A DNA stretch of 64,000 bases from an uncultured candidate division Zixibacteria bacterium (GTDB lineage: Bacteria > Zixibacteria > MSB-5A5 > GN15 > FEB-12), in the NCBI GenBank assembly GCA_963664195.1, contig OY760907.1:2464001-2528000 (forward strand). The letters are read 5' to 3'. The notes under the pieces are model-generated. The model had not been told where the DNA came from, ran no database searches, and saw only the letters and a program-made list of their open reading frames with translations. Positions 46,992-57,156 of this stretch are shown here, piece after piece (position 1 is the first letter of the stretch; every line of letters starts with the position of its first letter). A program made the position numbers and the translations under genes.

Positions 46992-48794
46992 TTAGATTTC
47001 GGCCTTCTTCTGGCCTTCGGAGATGATGCGCGTGTACTCGGCCTGGCTGTTGAGCAACTCAACCGCCTTGATGACTGACTGGTCAGTCTTCAACACAACC
47101 TGCTCGTAGAACCCGGTTTCACCGGCAATCGCCCGGACGATCTCGCGTTTCAGTGCCCGCTTGATGTAGTCCTCGGAGCGTGTGAAATCAGCCTCCTTCT
47201 CAGCCTCAACCAGCTTCTCCATCTTCTCAACTGAGTTTTTGAAGACATCTTCCTTGCCCTCAGTGGCAATAGTCTCTGTCAGATCCTCAAGTCCCAACTG
47301 CAGGGCCGACTTGTAGGTGAACTCGTTCTCCTTGATGTAGTCAGCGAATTCCTCGACCATTTTGTCGTCGACCTCGAAATCAGCCGGTGTCTCAGGATGG
47401 TCGGCCACGTACTGCACAGCGAAATCGAAGAACATCGATTTACGCTCAAGGTTGATCTCGATAGTCTTCCAGGTCTCGCCTTCTATCTCCACGTCAGGAA
47501 TGATACCGCCACCGCCGTAGACCATGCGTCCGCCGTTGGTGTAGTAAATCTCCTTGTCCTCGATAGTGAGCGAGTCGCTGCCTTCTTCATCGTGTACGGT
47601 CAGATCAAGCGGTCCTTTGCCCTGGCGTTCCGGTCTCTGGATACAGCGGCCGGAGGGGACATAGTACTTGGCAGTGGTCAGTTTGAGTGCCGCAGAACCA
47701 TCGCTCGCAATCGGGAATATCTGCTGCACGAGACCCTTGCCGAAGGTGGTCGATCCCATGATAATGCCGCGATCCCAATCTTGAATCGCGCCCGATACGA
47801 TTTCGGAGGCCGAGGCCGTGCCGTTATCGACGAGGACTACCAGCGGCTTTTCCATCGGGAAGAGGGGCGGGCGTTCGGAGCGATAATGCCGTTCGTTGGA
47901 GCCGTTACGTCCTTTGGTGTAGACGATTTCGGAACCCTGGTTCAGGAACAGCTCCGCCGTCTCCTTGGCCTGATCAAGCAGTCCGCCGCCGTTGGAACGG
48001 AGGTCGAATATGAGCGCAGAGATACCCTGCTCGTTTAGGTCGCTGATTGCCTGACGCAGCTCATGGCTGGTCTCTTCAGCAAATCGTGAAAGGCGCACAT
48101 ACCCGATATCTGTGCCGGGAATGATGCCTGAGAAATTGACGGATTTCAATTCGATCACGGCGCGTTCGATTTCAAACTCCAGCAGATCGGGAATACCGGT
48201 CCGCTTTATTTCGAGCACCACCGACGTCCCGGCTTCACCGCGCATGAGATCGGCGGCATCTGAGGTGGACATGCCCTCGGTCGACTTGCCGTCGATCTTC
48301 CAGATTACGTCACCGGCACGAAGACCGCGACGATACGCCGGAGTACCTTCAATAGGCGATGCTATCAGGATACGATCGTCACGCGCGTCAATACGCATGC
48401 CGAGACCCTGGTATTTGCCGTGGGTGCTTTCCATGAGGTTGTCGTATTCCTGCTTTTCGAGCAGGACCGAGTAGCGATCAAGGTCGGAAAGCATCCCTTC
48501 AATGCCGGCGTTGACAATCTCCTCCATGTCGACATCTTCCATGTAGCCCTGGCGGACATGGCGGGCGGTCTCGGTGAGTCGTTTGACGGCTTTGAAGAAG
48601 GTGTCCCTGGATTGCGGCGCCTTGACTTCGGTCCCTTCGTTCGATGATTCCAAATTAATGTGCACGGTGTCGGCCCATAGGACCGGTCCGGTGTCGGCGA
48701 CTGCCAGTTGGCTGGCGTCGCCGGGGCCGGCGAACCATATAAGGGCGATCGCAAAAACAGTGATGCCAAACAGGTGAACGGTGTAGCGCAACAT
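46992..48794 (-). CDS. Carboxyl-terminal processing protease, S41 family with PDZ
   Basis: DLRSNGGGLL, TASASEI, TFGKGLVQ, GGGIIPD. Confidence 0.93.
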   Translation of the reverse strand: MLRYTVHLFGITVFAIALIWFAGPGDASQLAVADTGPVLWADTVHINLESSNEGTEVKAPQSRDTFFKAVKRLTETARHVRQGYMEDVDMEEIVNAGIEGMLSDLDRYSVLLEKQEYDNLMESTHGKYQGLGMRIDARDDRILIASPIEGTPAYRRGLRAGDVIWKIDGKSTEGMSTSDAADLMRGEAGTSVVLEIKRTGIPDLLEFEIERAVIELKSVNFSGIIPGTDIGYVRLSRFAEETSHELRQAISDLNEQGISALIFDLRSNGGGLLDQAKETAELFLNQGSEIVYTKGRNGSNERHYRSERPPLFPMEKPLVVLVDNGTASASEIVSGAIQDWDRGIIMGSTTFGKGLVQQIFPIASDGSAALKLTTAKYYVPSGRCIQRPERQGKGPLDLTVHDEEGSDSLTIEDKEIYYTNGGRMVYGGGGIIPDVEIEGETWKTIEINLERKSMFFDFAVQYVADHPETPADFEVDDKMVEEFADYIKENEFTYKSALQLGLEDLTETIATEGKEDVFKNSVEKMEKLVEAEKEADFTRSEDYIKRALKREIVRAIAGETGFYEQVVLKTDQSVIKAVELLNSQAEYTRIISEGQKKAEI

Positions 48795-49004
48795 CTAGAG
48801 ACCTCTATTTATCAAATTGTTGAACTCAATGTAACTATCGACAGGGCGGTGTCAAGGTTTGACAGCCCTCATGCCGCGTCGCTATCTTCCACAATTATAT
48901 ACACTTAGCGGTCCTTCCTGGTTTCAGGTGGCGTACGTCTCTGGCACCTATAACAGCAATCTGGCTGCCCGATAACGCCTTAGCGAGAAAAAACACCTCC
49001 CGCT

Positions 49005-49032
49005 GTAACCTTATGTGCCGCCGGCCGTCCAA
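49005..49032 (+). promoter_or_regulatory. Candidate ECF-sigma promoter
   Basis: GTAACCTT-N13-CGTCCAA. Confidence 0.55.
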
Positions 49033-49144
49033 TAGATATGGCCGCAGAACTGAAACCTGTTACCCGGCTGCGGTTTGCCGCAGTGACGCGCCTGACTGAC
49101 CGCAACAAACTGTCCCGTTTTTGAACAGGAACCTGACTACACTT

Positions 49145-49927
49145 ATGAAACGTGTCAAAGATTCATATAGTTTCGCTTTCCTATTGAACGTGCTTCTGCC
49201 AGGCGCGGGGCATCTTTACTGGCGGGAATACACGTTTGGGCTGTTTGTGTTCCTCATTGCGCTCCTGGCCATGACTCTCTTTCTCGCGTCGTTTATCATT
49301 CCGACGACAGGCGTAGTGATAGCAATGCTGTTTGGCCTGCCGATGTTGTTTTTCCTGTTTACTTTCGTGGATCTCGGCAAGTCGATTACCAAAAGAAATC
49401 GCATATCTCAGCGCACCACGAAAACGATGATTCTGTATCTTGTCGGTGCCATCGCCTTTCAGTTCTTTTCTCCCATCGCGCCGGTGAATTTTGTTCTCCG
49501 GAATCCACCGGAGGTTTTCACGGTCGACGGCAACTTTCTGTCGCCCGCGTTCAATGACGGTGATCTTGTGCTGGCTAATCCTTTGGCGTGGCGCGCCGAT
49601 CTGGTTTTTGTTGATGGCCACTACTGGTTCGAAATACCCCGGCGGGGGGAGATTGTCAGGTTCAGAAACGGCCGCCCGTCTTCCGGCACCGGAGTGATTC
49701 TCGGTATGTTCGGCGAGGAGGTGCAGATTGTCGACGGCGTTCTCGTTGTCGACGGTATCCCGCAGGAGGCCGATCTTCCCGGGCAGCGGCTGCTGCAAGG
49801 GGATATGGCGTTGACTTTGACAAATCCCACATCTATCTTGATCGCTACGTTAAACTTGGGCGTAGTAGACAGGACGTATCAAGTGCCTGCCGACAGCCTG
49901 ATTGGGCGAGTGTATAAGCTGTTTTGA
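49145..49927 (+). CDS. Signal peptidase I (S26) homologue lacking the catalytic Ser and Lys
   Basis: N-terminal TMs with PGAGHLY; box-like segments P...GDLVL, PRRGEIV.F, G.FGE.V, VP...LIGR. Confidence 0.7.
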   Translation: MKRVKDSYSFAFLLNVLLPGAGHLYWREYTFGLFVFLIALLAMTLFLASFIIPTTGVVIAMLFGLPMLFFLFTFVDLGKSITKRNRISQRTTKTMILYLVGAIAFQFFSPIAPVNFVLRNPPEVFTVDGNFLSPAFNDGDLVLANPLAWRADLVFVDGHYWFEIPRRGEIVRFRNGRPSSGTGVILGMFGEEVQIVDGVLVVDGIPQEADLPGQRLLQGDMALTLTNPTSILIATLNLGVVDRTYQVPADSLIGRVYKLF

Positions 49928-50589
49928 AATCTATTCGTTACCTGATTTTTGATCTCGATGGCACCCTGATTGATTCCTCCGAAGGCGTGGTGGATGCCGT
50001 CAATTATTCCCTTCGCATGGCAGGAGAACCGGAGCAGTCGCCAGCAGTAATCAAGAAGTTCATAGGATACCCTCTGACAACAATGTACCCGCACTTTTCG
50101 AAGGTCTCCCCGCAGGACCTCTGCGAGCACTTCAAGGTCAGAGCAGCCGAGACCGTTATTGCCAGCACGGTCGCCCTTGAAGGCGCCGACGAGACGCTTC
50201 GTGAATTGCACCGGGCCGGTTACAGGATGGCCATCGCTACGACCAAAATAGCCCATCACCTGCACGGAATTGTCGATCTCATGAACTGGGGTTCGTTGTT
50301 TGATGCCCTGGTGGGGGGAGACGAAGTCAAACAGGTCAAGCCGGCACCGGAAGCGTTCATTCTGGCTCTCGAACGACTCGGCGTCTCGGCAGAGGACTCT
50401 CTGGTTATCGGCGATACCTTTAACGACGTGATGGCGGCAAAAGCCGTTCCGATGTTGGTGGCGGAGGTGGCGTCGCCGTACGGAGCACCCGAGGGCTTGC
50501 CCACTGCCGAGCCTGATTTTCGACTGGGCTCGATTTCAGAGGTCCCGGCTTTGCTCGACGGTTCCCGACCGGGTCGTAAAGCGGTATAG
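49924..50589 (+). CDS. HAD-family phosphatase (phosphoglycolate phosphatase-like)
   Basis: FDLDGTLIDS, IATTK, KPAPE, IGDTFND. Confidence 0.9.
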   Translation: MKSIRYLIFDLDGTLIDSSEGVVDAVNYSLRMAGEPEQSPAVIKKFIGYPLTTMYPHFSKVSPQDLCEHFKVRAAETVIASTVALEGADETLRELHRAGYRMAIATTKIAHHLHGIVDLMNWGSLFDALVGGDEVKQVKPAPEAFILALERLGVSAEDSLVIGDTFNDVMAAKAVPMLVAEVASPYGAPEGLPTAEPDFRLGSISEVPALLDGSRPGRKAV

Positions 50590-50628
50590 AAGTAAATGTG
50601 TATAGCTGCAATATAAAGGAGGTAAAGA

Positions 50629-51729
50629 ATGGATCCTCGCGTACAGAAACTGGCCAAGCTGCTGGTCAATTACTCACTGAATCTGAAGAAGGGCAAGCTG
50701 CTGAAAATTCAGGGCGAAATCGTCTCGCTTCCGCTTATCAAGGCCTGCTACGAAGAAGCGTTGAATGTTGGTGCTTATCCGTATGTCAAAATCCTCACGC
50801 CGGAACTGGAAGAGATGTTCCTGAAGAAGGCCAAGAAGGCTCAGCTGGAATATATCTCTCCAATCACAAAACTGGAAGTTGGCAAGATGGATGCGTTGAT
50901 TTCCATCTGGGGATCGCAGAACACCAAACATCTCACTGGCGTCGATCCCAAAGCGCAAGCCGCACAGCGGTTGGCCGCCAAGCCGCTGATGACGAAACTG
51001 TTCAAGCGGATGGGCGACGGTTCGCTGACCTGGGTGGGGACACAGTTCCCGACTCATGCCGATGCTCAGCAGGCTGAGATGTCTTTGTCGGATTACGAGG
51101 ACTTTGTCTTTGGAGCTGGACACCTGCATCTGCCCGATCCGGTTAAGCACTGGAAGAAAATCGCCAAAGAACAGCTACGTCTGGTCAAGATTCTCAACAG
51201 GTTCGACCGGCTTCATATCAAATCGGCCGACACTGACCTCAAGATGCGCGTCAAGGGGCGCAAATGGATCAGCTGCCACGGTACCGAGAATTTCCCCGAT
51301 GGCGAAATCTTTACCGGGCCGATTGAGGATACTGTCGAGGGGCATATTCGCTACACCTACCCGTCAACCCACGACGGCCGTACGGTCGAAGATATCCGGC
51401 TGGAGTTCAAGAACGGCAAGGTCGTCAAAGAGAGCGCGGCCAAAAACGAAGACTATCTCCGGACCATGCTGAATATCGACAAGGGCGCCCGGTATGTGGG
51501 TGAATTCGCCATCGGCACCAACTATCAGGTGCAACAGGCCAGTGGCAATACGCTGTTCGACGAGAAGATAGGCGGGAGCTGCCATCTGGCGGTCGGCGCT
51601 TCGATCCCTGAGTCCCTTGGCGTCAACAAGAGTGCGATTCACTGGGATATGGTCTGCGATCTGAAGAAAAACAGCGAGATCGTTGCCGACGGCAAGGTGA
51701 TCTACAAAAACGGCAAGTTCAAGATCTGA
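50629..51729 (+). CDS. Aminopeptidase, M29 family
   Basis: NFPDGEIFTGP, GEFAIG, LFDEKIGG..H.A.G, NKSAIHWD; AAGGAGG RBS. Confidence 0.93.
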   Translation: MDPRVQKLAKLLVNYSLNLKKGKLLKIQGEIVSLPLIKACYEEALNVGAYPYVKILTPELEEMFLKKAKKAQLEYISPITKLEVGKMDALISIWGSQNTKHLTGVDPKAQAAQRLAAKPLMTKLFKRMGDGSLTWVGTQFPTHADAQQAEMSLSDYEDFVFGAGHLHLPDPVKHWKKIAKEQLRLVKILNRFDRLHIKSADTDLKMRVKGRKWISCHGTENFPDGEIFTGPIEDTVEGHIRYTYPSTHDGRTVEDIRLEFKNGKVVKESAAKNEDYLRTMLNIDKGARYVGEFAIGTNYQVQQASGNTLFDEKIGGSCHLAVGASIPESLGVNKSAIHWDMVCDLKKNSEIVADGKVIYKNGKFKI

Positions 51730-51757
51730 CCCATCGATTCGGCGCTTAGATAAACAG

Positions 51758-51794
51758 AAAACCGGTCGCGACTTTCAAGCCACGACCGGTTTTT
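51758..51794. terminator. Bidirectional terminator
   Basis: AAAACCGGTCG..CGACCGGTTTT between convergent genes. Confidence 0.75.
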
Positions 51795-51816
51795 ACTCGC
51801 GTTATTCTGACGATAT

Positions 51817-52305
51817 CTAATTCCAAGTGTACTCATAGTTGGGCGTCGTGACCAGTCTGAGGCCGACCACATTGCCGTCCTCGACGACTTCCTGAATCTG
51901 GTAGATAATGAACTGCTCGCCACCACTGCTCCAGCCCCCGGTGATGCTGCCCTGCGGGTTGTACATGATCCAGCCACCGTTGGTGCGATACGTCCATGTG
52001 CCGGACGGAGTGTTCGCCGGGTTGACGGACGACTGTTCGCCGTTGTAGTTTTTCGGGACATTGGCCAGGTCGTCAAACGGATTGTGGGCAGCAATAGGGT
52101 CACCGTCGATGTAAGAGCGCGAGGCTGCAATCGACATAGCCGATTCCAGTGAACTCACCATGTTGTTGACGGCAGCCACTTCTGCCTCGGCACGCACTTC
52201 AATGAATTTCGGGATCGCGACCGCTGAGAGGACTCCCAGCACTACGATCACGATGATAATTTCGACGAGAGTGAAACCGTCGTTCTTGTTTATCAGCTTC
52301 GTCAA
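51817..52305 (-). CDS. Type IV pilin (stand-alone, possibly the major pilin)
   Basis: G/FTLVEIIIVIVVLGVLSAVAIP class III signal peptide; GGAGG RBS, TTG start. Confidence 0.9.
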   Translation of the reverse strand: MTKLINKNDGFTLVEIIIVIVVLGVLSAVAIPKFIEVRAEAEVAAVNNMVSSLESAMSIAASRSYIDGDPIAAHNPFDDLANVPKNYNGEQSSVNPANTPSGTWTYRTNGGWIMYNPQGSITGGWSSGGEQFIIYQIQEVVEDGNVVGLRLVTTPNYEYTWN

Positions 52306-52338
52306 GATATCCTCCAGGGCATATAGATTTTACTGACA

Positions 52339-52365
52339 TTATCGGTCAAACGCTGTCAGACTTTA
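52339..52365 (-). promoter_or_regulatory. Sigma28-like promoter of the pilin gene
   Basis: TAAA-N15-ACCGATAA. Confidence 0.6.
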
Positions 52366-52425
52366 TCCATGATGGAGCGAATCCGGTCGAGAAACGACGG
52401 CGCATTATGCCCTTTTGGAATGTCT

Positions 52426-54192
52426 TCAGGGGCAGGCCGGCAGTGGAGCGAGGCCAATGAACAGATGGTCTATGAGCGTGGTGACGTCGGCCATGGTGAT
52501 GTCCAGAGACCCCGGACTGACGCCGCCGGATTGGTCGACGTCTGCTTCATCAACACAGTCCAGAGGATTGAGGGTGATAAACAGGTGGTCGATGAGGACT
52601 ATGAGGTCACCCATCGTGACGAGTTGATCAGCAGAACCGTCGATATTGCCCCGCGAAAGCCCGGTGCAGCAGCCGGAGTTGAAATTCCAATTAATAGCAG
52701 CCATGACGTCCGGGATGCCCCATCCGTACGTATTATTCGGGCTGGCGGCGTTGCTGGCCGAGAGCATGAGTGCCTCTCTGACCTGGGCCGGGGCCCAGTC
52801 CGGATGTGCCTGAATAACAAGACAGGCCACGCCCGCCACCAGCGGAGCGGCGGCCGATGTCCCGCTGAAGTTGCCGTAGTCTGTGTCGGTGAACGGCGAG
52901 GCGCACCTCGTCGCCGTGCCTCTGGCGCACAATTCCGGCTTGATTCGACCGTCGTATGTGGGACCGCGTGAGCTCGAGTAGGAGATGATGCCGTCGGCAT
53001 CCACGTTGCCCACGGCAAGTATGTCAAACGCATCAGCGGGCGATGTCAATGACCCCGCGCTCGCTCCACTGTTGCCGACTGAGTTGACCATGACGATTCC
53101 GAGGCCGTCGCAGGTGCTGGCCGCCGCCCCTATGATCGTCGTATGACCGTCGAGGTCTTCGTAGGTGTAATTGACGCCGCTGTCGAAAGTAGAATAGCCC
53201 AGTGATGTGGTGATGACATCCACCCCGATAGAATCGGAGAATTCCAGAGCGGCTACCCAGTTGTCTTCTTCGGCGTGCGTCTCAGTGGGAATGTCTTCCG
53301 TTTTGCACAGAATGATATTTGCCTGGTAGGCCGGACCAAAGAGATCGCCGTCGTCTTCGCCGGCTGCTACCGACCAGACCTTGGTGCCATGATCCCACTG
53401 CGCAGCAACATCGTTGCCTTCGTTGGAAGTGTTACCGTCGTCTTGAATGAAGTCCCACTCGGCGAGCACGCGTCCCGCGGCATAGTGATGTTCGAAAGCA
53501 CGGTGTGTCTTGCGATATCCGGAGTCCATGATTGCCAGCGTGACATTTCTTCCGGTGAATCCGGCAGAATGGGCATTGACGACGTTGAGTTGAGTTAGCT
53601 GGTGTAGTGACAGCCCGTAACTGCTGATCGGCACCGGGACCACCGGCTTAGTCTTGTCGGGTGCAGTCACAGGACGGCTGAATACCATCATCGGTTTGAT
53701 CTCGGCCACGAATGGCAGCGAGCCAACCGCGTCGAGTTTGTCGCTCGGGATATAGAACGTAGCGGCGTTGAGCCAGCGCGAGGAGCGGCGGTGAATTGCG
53801 CCGATCGCTTCGATTTCTCTTACGTAGATATCGTGCACCGGCAAATCTGCGAACACCACATTGGTGAGACCAACCTTGGCGCGCCTGTGCCGGGCACGTT
53901 CGGTCAACTGAACCGAAGCCGCTTTGGCCGCGAATCCGGCTTTGTCGCTAATGCCTTTGTCGGTGAACAGCACCCATGCCCGGACGGTATCGCCGTCGCG
54001 TGCAATGAGCTTTTCTCGGTCTTCATCATTAATGTAATCAGTCAGTTTCTGACGGCTGGCTGCTTCTGAGGTCAGGCTGTTGCAGGCCGGTCCCCGCTTA
54101 GAGGTGTAAGCTGCCAGAGAAACGGCACTGGCAACCAGAAGGAGAAGAGTGGCAATTGCCTGACGGATGAGGATAGTACGGATGGTGGTCAT
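52426..54192 (-). CDS. Subtilisin-like S8 serine peptidase with C-terminal dockerin-like tag
   Basis: Triad motifs IMDSG, DHGT, GTSAAAP; oxyanion SVGN; C-terminal CC...GNID..DL..LIDHLF repeat. Confidence 0.92.
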   Translation of the reverse strand: MTTIRTILIRQAIATLLLLVASAVSLAAYTSKRGPACNSLTSEAASRQKLTDYINDEDREKLIARDGDTVRAWVLFTDKGISDKAGFAAKAASVQLTERARHRRAKVGLTNVVFADLPVHDIYVREIEAIGAIHRRSSRWLNAATFYIPSDKLDAVGSLPFVAEIKPMMVFSRPVTAPDKTKPVVPVPISSYGLSLHQLTQLNVVNAHSAGFTGRNVTLAIMDSGYRKTHRAFEHHYAAGRVLAEWDFIQDDGNTSNEGNDVAAQWDHGTKVWSVAAGEDDGDLFGPAYQANIILCKTEDIPTETHAEEDNWVAALEFSDSIGVDVITTSLGYSTFDSGVNYTYEDLDGHTTIIGAAASTCDGLGIVMVNSVGNSGASAGSLTSPADAFDILAVGNVDADGIISYSSSRGPTYDGRIKPELCARGTATRCASPFTDTDYGNFSGTSAAAPLVAGVACLVIQAHPDWAPAQVREALMLSASNAASPNNTYGWGIPDVMAAINWNFNSGCCTGLSRGNIDGSADQLVTMGDLIVLIDHLFITLNPLDCVDEADVDQSGGVSPGSLDITMADVTTLIDHLFIGLAPLPACP

Positions 54193-54578
54193 TTGTGCCT
54201 CTCAGTTGGTCGGGAAACATCCCGCAGCAGCGAGCAACTTCCTACATAATAAGTAAACTTACAATCTTGCAGCGGACTGTCAACACTCAATCGCCCTTTG
54301 CCAATACTTATGGGACGAAGCCAACACATTTCTGTGTAACGCTCATGTTCGCCAAAGACCGCGTACGTTTTTGTAACACCCGGGCGTGCCTGTAAGTTCT
54401 TGTCGGACAGGCAGGACGTAAGCTGAGTCAAGAACTGGAGATATTTCCGGGGATCGGCACAGCGTATGCTGTTTTCCGGCCAGAAGGAGGCCCGGATGAT
54501 CGCCAGGAAAGGGTGAGTCTCTGTGGCCTTGTACCGGGACACGATATGTCCTGCACATGATTCGTACGGGTATGCGTT

Positions 54579-55085
54579 ATGACCAGGAAACTGCACAATC
54601 GACAGGGCTTCACACTGATCGAGTTGCTTATAACCGTCGTTATAATCGGATTGGTAGCGGCGCTGGCAATGCCGAATTTTACTAAGGCCTGGGAGCGCCA
54701 GAAGTTCCGTGGGGGCAACGGTGACTTGATTTCGAGGATCAAAACCGCCCGGTCCCACGCCATTTCCAGCAAAATCCCGTACGGTGTGTATATTGATTCG
54801 GATAGTAAGTCTTTCACCATATTCAAAGATGTTGCGAATCTGGGCGGTCGGACGTTTGATTCTGGCGATTCTGTGATCTCCGTGGATACCCTGCCATCCG
54901 AGTTTGAGATGATATATACCGACGTTGAAAACAGCGTAATCATGTTCAATGCAAACGGTTCGGCTGATTTTGGAGGATACGGCAGTATCGTCACCTACGG
55001 TTGCACGGAGCAGACAGTCAGTGTCTCCCAAATCATGGTCCTGGCTTCCACCGGCCGCGTGACGGCCAACTCCGACTATTACTAA
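54579..55085 (+). CDS. Minor pilin / pseudopilin (FimT/GspH-like)
   Basis: G/FTLIELLI; ARSHAI; FNANG; STGRV. Confidence 0.88.
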   Translation: MTRKLHNRQGFTLIELLITVVIIGLVAALAMPNFTKAWERQKFRGGNGDLISRIKTARSHAISSKIPYGVYIDSDSKSFTIFKDVANLGGRTFDSGDSVISVDTLPSEFEMIYTDVENSVIMFNANGSADFGGYGSIVTYGCTEQTVSVSQIMVLASTGRVTANSDYY

Positions 55086-55124
55086 GAATACCCTTTCGGC
55101 ACCTACAAGAACCGAAATGCCGAT

Positions 55125-55152
55125 GAAGCCCCTTCCCGACGGAAGGGGCTTT
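55125..55152 (+). terminator. Probable intrinsic terminator
   Basis: AAGCCCCTTCC-CGAC-GGAAGGGGCTT with a short U tail. Confidence 0.7.
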
Positions 55153-55188
55153 GCGTTGTCTTTTCCGATCCCTTCCGTTCCTTTTGAG

Positions 55189-55216
55189 TAAAGAATTTGG
55201 CTCGAAAATCCGATAC
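55189..55216 (+). promoter_or_regulatory. Sigma28-like promoter upstream of pilM
   Basis: TAAA-N16-TCCGATAC. Confidence 0.45.
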
Positions 55217-55400
55217 CTACCGTATTGGCAACCGAGCCACGGCATCCGGGCCATACCGACGAGTATTATTGAACGCCGCTATCGCCGGCACTTTTTTGAC
55301 CGGATGCCTTGATAACTCGGCCAGGTTGCCGATACACAACAATGGGATAATGACCGCACTTGTTGCAGAACGGTACAGAAGCGGAAAGAAAGAGTAACCT

Positions 55401-56453
55401 ATGTTCTTTTCAGGCAAACACAGAAGCACTGTCGGGCTGGACATCGGGGCCAGTTCGGTAAAATTGGTCAAGCTGGACCACGGCAAGGACGGTTACGCCG
55501 TCTCCGCTATCGGGATTCGGGAGTTGCCTCCGGAGGCAATCGTTGCCGATGAAATCCGGGACCGTGAGGCCGTCATCTTCAACATTCAATCCTTGATAGA
55601 TCAGACCGACCCGAAAATCAAAGACGTAGTCGTTTCCGTTTCCGGTCACAGTGTGATTACTGACAAGTTTACGATAGACAAGAAGACCGGCCCGGAAGCT
55701 GAACAGGCGATCCTGTTCGAGACCGAGCAGCGGGCACCGTTCGACGTCGAGGATGTGAGTCTCGACTATCACGTTATCAAGACCGACGACGACATCAACA
55801 AGATGCATGTCCTGCTGGTTGCCGCCCGGAAGGAATATCTGCGGTCTTATCTGGAATTGATCGAGGACTGCGGCCTTCGTCCGGTGGTTGTCGACGATGA
55901 CGCATTCGCAGTACTGAACGCCTACGAGGGCAATTACGATATGGACCCGACCCGCGTGACCGCGCTGGTGAATATCGGATACGACGTCACCAACATCACG
56001 TACGTTTCCGACGGGCTTTTCACTGCGACTCGTGACGTTTCCGCCGGAACGCGGGAAGTTTTCGATGCCGTCCAGAAAGAGTTCCGCCTGAACCATGAGT
56101 TGGCCGCAAAGGCACTCAAGGGAGAGATGTCCGATTCGATCGATCAGGACATGTTGAAAGCGACCATCGTTTCCGCTGCCGACGAATTGATCAGCGGTGT
56201 CGAGTTGGCTTTCTCCTATTTCAAATCGCAGACAAAGATAGAAAACATCGATTGGATTGTACTCTCCGGTGGTGGAGCGCTAGTACCGTACCTCCCGGAA
56301 TTCCTGCAGTCCAAGATCAGCATTCCTCTGGAGCTGGCAAACCCGCTTCGCAATATTGACTACGACCCGGAACTTTTCCAATACATTCAACCAGAGAAGA
56401 TCGCTCCCCTCCTGACGGTGTCGGTCGGACTGGCTATGCGGAAGGCTAAGTGA
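55401..56453 (+). CDS. pilM: Type IV pilus assembly protein PilM
   Basis: VGLDIGASSVK, VLLVAARK, LSGGGA, VGLAMR. Confidence 0.95.
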   Translation: MFFSGKHRSTVGLDIGASSVKLVKLDHGKDGYAVSAIGIRELPPEAIVADEIRDREAVIFNIQSLIDQTDPKIKDVVVSVSGHSVITDKFTIDKKTGPEAEQAILFETEQRAPFDVEDVSLDYHVIKTDDDINKMHVLLVAARKEYLRSYLELIEDCGLRPVVVDDDAFAVLNAYEGNYDMDPTRVTALVNIGYDVTNITYVSDGLFTATRDVSAGTREVFDAVQKEFRLNHELAAKALKGEMSDSIDQDMLKATIVSAADELISGVELAFSYFKSQTKIENIDWIVLSGGGALVPYLPEFLQSKISIPLELANPLRNIDYDPELFQYIQPEKIAPLLTVSVGLAMRKAK

Positions 56454-56459
56454 GGCAAA

Positions 56460-57143
56460 ATGATAGAGATAAACTTACTACCGCAAGGTTACCGCAAGGG
56501 TGAGCGCGGCCTGTCACTGGGCAAAACGGGGGTGTATGCCCTGATCGGCATCGTCGGCATTGTGCTGGGACTGATCGGCGTCACGTTTTACCAGATGCAT
56601 CAGCTGTCCGCTCTCGAAGAGGCGATTGAGATCAACAACCATCGCGCAGCCACACTTCGCGCGGATATCCAGGTTGTTGATGCCCTTAATGATGTAAAGG
56701 CGAAGATTCAGCGACGCATGTCCGCAGTCGAACGCCTGGACCGTCACCGGTCCGCCTGGGTGCGCATCCTTGAAGATATGGGGCGCAATGTGCCCGAGTA
56801 TGTCTGGCTCTCGAAATTCACCGAGGCTGAGGTGGTGGCGGCGGAAACTGACACTGCCACTGCGACGCTCGACCGGGTCGAAACAGCACCCGTCAGGCCG
56901 ATAGAGTTGCGCGGCTATACGTTTACGCTGAATGCGCTCGCGGCGTTTATGATTCGTATGATGCGTTCTGACTATTTCGATCAGGTTGAGCTTGTTGACA
57001 GCAGGGACACCCTGTTTTCAGATGAGAAGGCATATACGTTCCAGCTCTCGGCCAACGTTCACTATCTCTCCGACGAAGAGCTGCAGAACATGATTGCACA
57101 GGCAGCCGGAGAGCCCGGAATCACGCACAAGAGTCTTAACTAG
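56460..57143 (+). CDS. pilN: Type IV pilus assembly protein PilN
   Basis: MIEINLLP, TM, coiled coil, P..VWL. Confidence 0.92.
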   Translation: MIEINLLPQGYRKGERGLSLGKTGVYALIGIVGIVLGLIGVTFYQMHQLSALEEAIEINNHRAATLRADIQVVDALNDVKAKIQRRMSAVERLDRHRSAWVRILEDMGRNVPEYVWLSKFTEAEVVAAETDTATATLDRVETAPVRPIELRGYTFTLNALAAFMIRMMRSDYFDQVELVDSRDTLFSDEKAYTFQLSANVHYLSDEELQNMIAQAAGEPGITHKSLN

Positions 57144-57156
57144 GGAAAGACGACTT

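Noticed and set aside
48834..48862. Sigma28-like promoter for the S41 protease (TCAA-N16-GTCGATAG)
   Set aside because: It overlaps an equally plausible sigma70 TTGACA-N16-TACATT and its -10 box is degenerate, so it is ambiguous.
49038..49124. 28-codon leader ORF just after the ECF-like promoter
   Set aside because: Its position is suggestive, but there is no attenuator structure or biased codon run; it cannot be supported without conservation data.
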